IMG/VR virus record: IMGVR_UViG_3300035698_004199
Coordinates: 10,292-74,291 of that record
Direction: 5' to 3' (one strand)
Length of the DNA: 64,000 bases
DNA from: a virus
Positions within the stretch are counted from its first letter, which is position 1; every line of letters starts with the position of its first letter. Of this stretch, positions 58,252 through 64,000 are shown one piece after another. The notes beneath the pieces were generated by a model that searched no databases, was not told where the DNA came from, and was given only the letters and a program-made list of their open reading frames with translations. A program made the position numbers and the translations under genes.

Positions 58252-58267
58252 CGGTAAAGTTGTTATG
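58252..58267 (+). promoter_or_regulatory. Putative late promoter (CGGT-N7-TTATG)
   Basis: Instance of the spaced motif in a 62-nt gap, ahead of RBS AGGAGG and ATG 58295. Confidence 0.5.
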
Positions 58268-58294
58268 CCAAGACTTGAATAGGAGGTCTTTATT

Positions 58295-58954
58295 ATGAGA
58301 GTCTACCGAGAAAAAATGAATCAAGGACCGCAGGGGGTAAGAATGGGTTTGGACTTTGGTATTTTACAGGAACAGTATCCAACCCCTAAAAAGGGTGTTT
58401 TTATATTTGAAGTTCGGGATGCTGAGACAGGAGAGCTTATAAACACCTGGGAAAAAGAGAATATCATTATTCTTGATGCCGGGATTCTTTCAGCTCGGCT
58501 TTTCCGTAACAGCCTTGACCCATCTGCAATTCAAAGCAATGGTTTGACAATGCTAGGTATTGGAACAGGGGCCACTGGAAATGTTTTGAATCCAGATGCA
58601 CCTCAAAATACACAGCGGGCATTAAATACCGAGATTGGTCGTAAAGCCTTCTCCTCTGCCCAGTTTAGGAATGCTGCTGGTGTAGCGGTAGCCTACCCAA
58701 CTAACATTGTAGATTTTACTACTGTGTTTGCTGCTGGGGAGGCTAACGGTGCTTGGAATGAAATGGGCTTGATGTGCACGGCTAGCTTGACTCCCGCTGT
58801 GACTAATCCTATTGTGGATCCTACTAGTCCAGCCAGTTACGATTCTACAATAGATGTTACTGGCTTTGACATTATGATAAACTACACTACTTTTGGAGTA
58901 GTTACAAAGACAGCAGGTATGACTATTGGAATAACCTGGCGGATTACATTTTAA
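58295..58954 (+). CDS. Tail collar / fibre-attachment baseplate protein
   Basis: NIIILDAG...GIGTG...LNTEIGRK...FTTVFAAGEANGAWNEMGL...VTKT...ITWRITF is typical of the collar-fibre N-domain family. Confidence 0.75.
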   Translation: MRVYREKMNQGPQGVRMGLDFGILQEQYPTPKKGVFIFEVRDAETGELINTWEKENIIILDAGILSARLFRNSLDPSAIQSNGLTMLGIGTGATGNVLNPDAPQNTQRALNTEIGRKAFSSAQFRNAAGVAVAYPTNIVDFTTVFAAGEANGAWNEMGLMCTASLTPAVTNPIVDPTSPASYDSTIDVTGFDIMINYTTFGVVTKTAGMTIGITWRITF

Positions 58955-58994
58955 TGATATATAGCACACAGACTAACAGTTTGAAGGAATAGCA

Positions 58995-61900
58995 ATGGCC
59001 ACAAAAGATTATACAAAACATTATGATGGTCTTGATGATTTAGCTTGTGTTATAACCACACCTAACGATGTGACTCGAAACAATATGGTGGGTGACCGAG
59101 CCTTTCAAACAGTTGTTTCTGAGTCTGGAAAACCTGTTATAGATGCGGATTTGCAATTAGGACAGGATCTTATCCAGTGGAATAACGCCATGCTTCATAA
59201 ATGGCAGGTCCCGTCTGGCTGGTTACGCGGCACAACACACTATTCCGTTTTAGATGACTACACTCTAGGGACTGCCCCTGGAGCAGTAACAGATGATTCC
59301 CCTACTGGGGGTTATATCGATCCTGCCTTCAACAAGCTCCTTAATGCAATAATACTACCACGTCTTGAAGCAGTTGTAGCGGGTAGACCTTTGGTTTTAG
59401 AGTACACTAATACAGCTACTGATGGCTACAACCTTATCACGTTGGAGCCACCTCAAGTTTCAGTCGGTGCTGTTACTGCTCAACGTACTGACTTTGTGTT
59501 TTTAGAGGCTTGGCTGGCTCTTGTAGCACCGAGTCCTAAGGCTTTTGGCACAGTACAGGTTGACAGTTTTGCTGATATCACAGTGGGTGACACCATTGTA
59601 GTTACCTCTTTGGGGCCTGTCTTAACCCTAACCGCAGTTGCAGGTGGTCCTGGTGTGGACGATTTCTTAATAGGTGGGGATAATGCCACAACAGCGGCTA
59701 ATATTGCGTCAGCCATTAATAATATTGCAAACTCATTTGTAGGCATTGTTTCGGCAACCTCTTGGGATACAATTGTATCCATTGAAAGTGTTGATCCAGG
59801 AGTGGCTAGTAATGCTATTGGTTTGACGATTGTAGTTGTAGTTCCTGGTGCTATGGTAGTAACTTCAGGTGCTACTTTTATAGATGGTGATGACAGACCT
59901 AGCAAGCCGATTGACCAGAACTACATATACAGACATGGGAACACACAGTCTCCAGCAGCTACTTGGCTGTTAGACCAGATGACTGATGCCACTCTTAATG
60001 CGGAAACCTCTCAAAGGGTGCAACTCCAGTATCGTGTAAGATCAACTGGTGTGGCGGCTGGTGTCAACTATAAAACAAACCCAGATGGTTTTTCAACTCC
60101 GATAGCAGCAGGCCCTCCAGTAACAACTACAATTTTGGCCCAAGGGGGAGGGCCTTCTCCGGTGGCAACTTACAATTTTTTACCAGCAGACAACACTTCT
60201 ACATCGGCGGGCTCTTCTGCGGTTGCTTATGGAATGGAAGACACTGGGCTATGGGTAGCTGGGAGCGGTACTAAAACGGATGCAGAAGCTTTGGGCACTT
60301 TGGATGGTTTTGTGTATGCAATACCTCTTTGTTTTGTACATAGACATAATGACTCATCTGATGCCACAGTAGTAGGAGCTAAGGGGTTCCTATCAAGCCT
60401 TAATGCAAATGCGGCACCCACCTATAACCATGCTGCTTATACAGGTGACTTAGGTGTTCTTGTCCCTACAACGGTTTCAGATCGTCCAGACGGTCATTTC
60501 AGCGATGTGGTAGATATTACAAATGTTTTGGATTTGAGGCGTCATGTTTCAATGTCTGGACTGGACACAGCAAGAGAATTGCAGTATCAGATTCAGTCTC
60601 TATTAGATGGCACTAATCACACATGGTCAGTAAACACTGAGGATAAGCAGGCATTGGGCGTTTCGGGTGATGTTTCAACACAGTATCTTATTTGTAATGA
60701 GATAGGCAGGGACACTGCTCATGGTGGGGATAACATTGTCTCAGGGACAACAGGACGTGGAGAGTGTATTAGGAACTTTGACCATATTGCACGCCGATTT
60801 GGAGATCAAGGTGTTGTGGAACGTGTTGTCTTTGCTTTCTATCCAGGAGACAGATCAGCGGGTGCTGTAGTAGCACCGGGACTTGTAAACTTAGGTAAGT
60901 ATGTTACCAAAGTAGGATCAACAACCAATTGGTCTGAGGGGGATGAGTTACACCTTGACCTTACAGAATTTGATGCTACTACTTTAGGTGGTATTTTCCA
61001 AGGGCTTGATGGTGGCGGTGCTTCTTATGCACCTGGATTCACGCCCTCTGTCGATTATTTTATGCCTGATGGTGCAGTGATAACAGATGTGCTTTCTATG
61101 TACCATGATGATGGGCAGACTGCAGCCAGTGTAGACCAACAAGTACAAGCTTCTCAGATATTTGGTCTTGGAACAAGACATCTGCAAGTTATACTAGACT
61201 ATAACGACATACTAGTAAATGGTGGTATTGTTGGTGACCCAGACTATACTCTAGTTGAAGATTTGGCCGTGACAGCAGGGTCTCCCCGCCGTATCTTTTT
61301 AGAGGTTGAGATCACATATCCTATTGGTGTAGGTGCTACAGACACCCCTGATTTAGAAGTGACTCCTGACCCCACTTTTTATGATGGGGCATGGGCTACA
61401 GGGGAATCGGCTGGCCCCGGAGCTTCTATTACAAATGAAGCATGGCTGCGACCCACAGATTATGAGCTTTTAACAGCACCTGCTTTTAGAGAAGGCTTCC
61501 GTGAGATATACATGGATTATGTAGCTAATGATACTATAGATCAACTTCTACCTCTCCCGGCTGACCGTGTAGGGGCTGTTACATTTGAATATATTGTCAG
61601 TAGAAACTCAACGGAACTATACTATCCCCGTAGGGTTTATGAAGATGGTGTGGTACAACCTGTTATTGTCCAAGATATGGCAGGAGGCGGTATTGGCGTA
61701 CCAGCTCCTGTGCTTGTAGCTTCAACAGAGTATGGAAGCTCATCAAGAAAAGTTGTTCTTCAGGCACCGATGGCAGCTCTAGGCCAGTCTTTATGTAAAA
61801 TTGAGTACTTCGCACAAGACCCCATACCTAATTTTGAAGACCCCGGTTATCAGATTAGTGTTTACTACAGGTCTAATGCACCTCAAACAGCTGGAACCCA

Positions 61901-62561
61901 AAGTGGAGGGATAACCTTACCTACTAATGGGGTTCTTCCAGTTACCTTGAATGTGGAACCTCTTTATATGAACCCTTCTGTTTGGACTAACCAAATAGGT
62001 TCGGGGTCTCAGGACAGAGCTTTCCCCTATGGACAGCCTGGAGATCAGATCCCAATTTTTGAAGGACTACCAGCACCATCGCCTTTACTAAAGGAATGGT
62101 TTTACTGTGCGACTGCAAATGTAGCAGTTGCAGACTTTAATGCTGATACTGGTATGCTGAAGCTGACACCTTTTGTGGATGCTGATACTCAAACTGTATT
62201 GCAGTTTGGAGGTGCCGGTGCAGGAGAGGTGCCTAGAGTAGACGGAGAACTTCGTGCCTTATATCCGTTTGCAAAAGATGATGTTTATAGGCCCACAGTT
62301 ATGGCCCAGCCCCTTTACGGAGCTGTAAGACATAAGGTTATATATCCTTTCTTGGCCCGTATTGTAGAAGAGACTGCTAATCCTATAGATGGATTGCTCT
62401 TCCGTAAAAATGAGGTTGTCCTCGTAGTTCTAAGCCGTCATGCTGCTTTGGATGATGAAAACAATGTCCTTTTCACAGATGCTGGAAACACAACTTGTGC
62501 GGCTGTTTACCGTACACGGAATTTGCTGATGGTGGTTGGTGATAAATCCACTAACCCATAA
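58995..62561 (+). CDS. Baseplate / tail-fibre-associated protein (DUF4815/DUF6519-like N-terminus)
   Basis: FQTVVSESGKPVIDADLQLGQD; RTDFVFLEAW; YAIPLCFVHR; RPDGHFSD..DLRR motifs of large-myophage fibre-attachment proteins. Confidence 0.6.
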   Translation: MATKDYTKHYDGLDDLACVITTPNDVTRNNMVGDRAFQTVVSESGKPVIDADLQLGQDLIQWNNAMLHKWQVPSGWLRGTTHYSVLDDYTLGTAPGAVTDDSPTGGYIDPAFNKLLNAIILPRLEAVVAGRPLVLEYTNTATDGYNLITLEPPQVSVGAVTAQRTDFVFLEAWLALVAPSPKAFGTVQVDSFADITVGDTIVVTSLGPVLTLTAVAGGPGVDDFLIGGDNATTAANIASAINNIANSFVGIVSATSWDTIVSIESVDPGVASNAIGLTIVVVVPGAMVVTSGATFIDGDDRPSKPIDQNYIYRHGNTQSPAATWLLDQMTDATLNAETSQRVQLQYRVRSTGVAAGVNYKTNPDGFSTPIAAGPPVTTTILAQGGGPSPVATYNFLPADNTSTSAGSSAVAYGMEDTGLWVAGSGTKTDAEALGTLDGFVYAIPLCFVHRHNDSSDATVVGAKGFLSSLNANAAPTYNHAAYTGDLGVLVPTTVSDRPDGHFSDVVDITNVLDLRRHVSMSGLDTARELQYQIQSLLDGTNHTWSVNTEDKQALGVSGDVSTQYLICNEIGRDTAHGGDNIVSGTTGRGECIRNFDHIARRFGDQGVVERVVFAFYPGDRSAGAVVAPGLVNLGKYVTKVGSTTNWSEGDELHLDLTEFDATTLGGIFQGLDGGGASYAPGFTPSVDYFMPDGAVITDVLSMYHDDGQTAASVDQQVQASQIFGLGTRHLQVILDYNDILVNGGIVGDPDYTLVEDLAVTAGSPRRIFLEVEITYPIGVGATDTPDLEVTPDPTFYDGAWATGESAGPGASITNEAWLRPTDYELLTAPAFREGFREIYMDYVANDTIDQLLPLPADRVGAVTFEYIVSRNSTELYYPRRVYEDGVVQPVIVQDMAGGGIGVPAPVLVASTEYGSSSRKVVLQAPMAALGQSLCKIEYFAQDPIPNFEDPGYQISVYYRSNAPQTAGTQSGGITLPTNGVLPVTLNVEPLYMNPSVWTNQIGSGSQDRAFPYGQPGDQIPIFEGLPAPSPLLKEWFYCATANVAVADFNADTGMLKLTPFVDADTQTVLQFGGAGAGEVPRVDGELRALYPFAKDDVYRPTVMAQPLYGAVRHKVIYPFLARIVEETANPIDGLLFRKNEVVLVVLSRHAALDDENNVLFTDAGNTTCAAVYRTRNLLMVVGDKSTNP

Positions 62562-62573
62562 GGGAGCTTTGCA

Positions 62574-64000
62574 ATGCCCACAACGAAAAATCCTGGTCTT
62601 ATTGTTTCTGGTCCTGGTAAAACAGTTCTAGGACAAACAGATAGTTTATCACTACTTGGACTTGTAGCACCCTTACTAATGGGCACAGGGGCCTATACAC
62701 CCCCTGGAGGCTCACCTGTTGCAGGCATACCCACATTACCTGCGGATACTGCAGTAGCGAGTGCGGAACTGCTGGCCTCACATATTAACAGTACAATAGA
62801 TGCTCATGCTGCTGTGGCTATTAATGTAGACGGATACCCAACTTTGATTCTCTCAGGGAATGTAGAAGGTGCTATAAATGAGTTAATGGGTACCATAGCA
62901 TCAGAACCCCCCAAGATAGGACAGCACTTTGCACACATGCCAAATATGTCAGGAATCCCTGACTGGGGGCAGCTTAGACTAGTAAACACACCCTACCCTG
63001 ATAAACTGGCTCCTCCAAACAGTACTGAAACAGGTGCTAATGTCTATCCTTATTATTGGGCTCAGCCTACTCCAACAGAAGATCCCGAGTTTACATTACT
63101 GGGTGAAGATCCTGCTACTGATACCATTTGGAACCATGTGATAACTATGCCTGTAGGAGAACAGCCTATTACTCAGGGTGTTCAGGCAGGTGCTTTTACA
63201 GCGACATCCGCTAATGTAATAAGAACTCGTTTGTGGCTAGAACCTGCGGCGGGTCCTGACTCAGCTTTCTGTTTGTCTGGGATTGTCTATCCAGCAGATA
63301 GAGGTGTGCTGGCTTTATTACACTGGCCTGATTTTGATGCAGGTGGGACCTTTCTAGGCCAAACACTTGAAAACCGTTGCTGGGCAGCCTTGTTATTAGG
63401 TCAGGGGATTTATAAGGACCCAACTGATTTATTATGTTCTGGTGTTTGTGATGGTGACCCAGGTGGGATCTTCTCAGTGGGTACTGACGTTAGTGGAGAA
63501 TATGACCCCCTAGCCTTCCCAGGACGAGCTACAGGGCAGTACAACTTAGACGAATTACATACAGGTCTTTCTGTTATTGATGGCACTGTGGTTTCTCCTT
63601 TGGGCACACAACGGGCGGTGTCTGATGTGGTTCCTGGTAGTGGCCAGGTACGTTTGGGAACTGTTGTTAGTGCTGGTGAGGCGGACCCAACAACTTATGG
63701 CATCCCAATTTTAGGGGCTACTAGCAACGCTTACAATCCTGTACCACCGACAGATGGTGTCTTGTTGCAAATGTTACTGGGAAATGCAGCAGTAGCTCTT
63801 CCTGCAGGGCCCACTGAGTATAACTTCTTCCAGTACCGGCTTCCTTATTTGGATGACTACTCAATAGCTACAGGGCTTAAACACACTCCCCGAGGAACAA
63901 GTGTCGCTGACTCAAGAGAGACAGGCAGGTTCTTTCAAATAGTAGCACCTTATACGGTTGATGCAACTCGTATGACTGATGAAGGAGGTGGGTGGTGGAT
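62574..64000 (+). CDS. Partial tail-fibre-like structural protein (runs off the window end)
   Basis: Not in the ORF track. RBS AAGGGAG, ATG 62574. No stop in the parts I translated (first ~250 codons and the final stretch). HINSTIDAH...NVEGAINEL is a motif common in trimeric phage fibres. Confidence 0.75.
   Translation, partial: MPTTKNPGLIVSGPGKTVLGQTDSLSLLGLVAPLLMGTGAYTPPGGSPVAGIPTLPADTAVASAELLASHINSTIDAHAAVAINVDGYPTLILSGNVEGAINELMGTIASEPPKIGQHFAHMPNMSGIPDWGQLRLVNTPYPDKLAPPNSTETGANVYPYYWAQPTPTEDPEFTLLGEDPATDTIWNHVITMPVGEQPITQGVQAGAFTATSANVIRTRLWLEPAAGPDSAFCLSGIVYPADRGVLALLHWPDFDAGGTFLGQTLENRCWAALLLGQGIYKDPTDLLCSGVCDGDPGGIFSVGTDVSGEYDPLAFPGRATGQYNLDELHTGLSVIDGTVVSPLGTQRAVSDVVPGSGQVRLGTVVSAGEADPTTYGIPILGATSNAYNPVPPTDGVLLQMLLGNAAVALPAGPTEYNFFQYRLPYLDDYSIATGLKHTPRGTSVADSRETGRFFQIVAPYTVDATRMTDEGGGWW

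Noticed and set aside
7131-62561. Extracellular contractile injection system, tailocin or T6SS rather than a phage
   Set aside because: No Afp15-like AAA+ ATPase, T6SS membrane complex or host genes are visible, while neck-like genes and phage-style dense organisation are present. Capsid genes are outside the window, so this is not formally excluded.
329-63607. The many short minus-strand and nested ORFs in the track (e.g. 329..529, 967..1383, 7737..8255, 19206..19691)
   Set aside because: They lie antisense to or inside long, well-supported genes and show no recognisable motifs; they are shadow ORFs.

Overview
This window is the virion neck, tail and baseplate region of a large contractile-tailed (myovirus-type, probably jumbo) phage. 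It is almost entirely coding, and nearly all genes are on the + strand. Gene order: a partial minus-strand repeat protein, small ORFs, putative neck proteins, an actin-fold (ASKHA) ATPase with an overlapping upstream partner, a tail-terminator-like protein, an FmdB zinc ribbon and a giant ~1740-aa sheath. After the sheath comes an inserted MerR + VIT/vWA cassette with its own sigma70-type promoter. Then follow the tail tube, two related chaperone-like ORFs in one frame separated by a single TAG, the tape measure, two tube-initiator paralogs, a hub carrying an M15 peptidase, the spike, a hydrophobic three-repeat protein and a 4024-aa protein with a polyglycine domain. The window ends with gp25-, J/gp6- and I/gp7-like wedge proteins, a collar-like protein and fibre-like proteins running off the end. 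The best candidates for undescribed biology are (1) the actin-like module inside the late morphogenesis operon, (2) the self-contained MerR-VIT/vWA cassette between sheath and tube, (3) possible amber read-through of the chaperone pair, (4) a recurrent CGKT-N7-YKAT putative late promoter and (5) non-canonical start codons. I saw no capsid, terminase, tRNA, CRISPR or transposase. All calls come from reading motifs and gene order by eye; no database searches were run.
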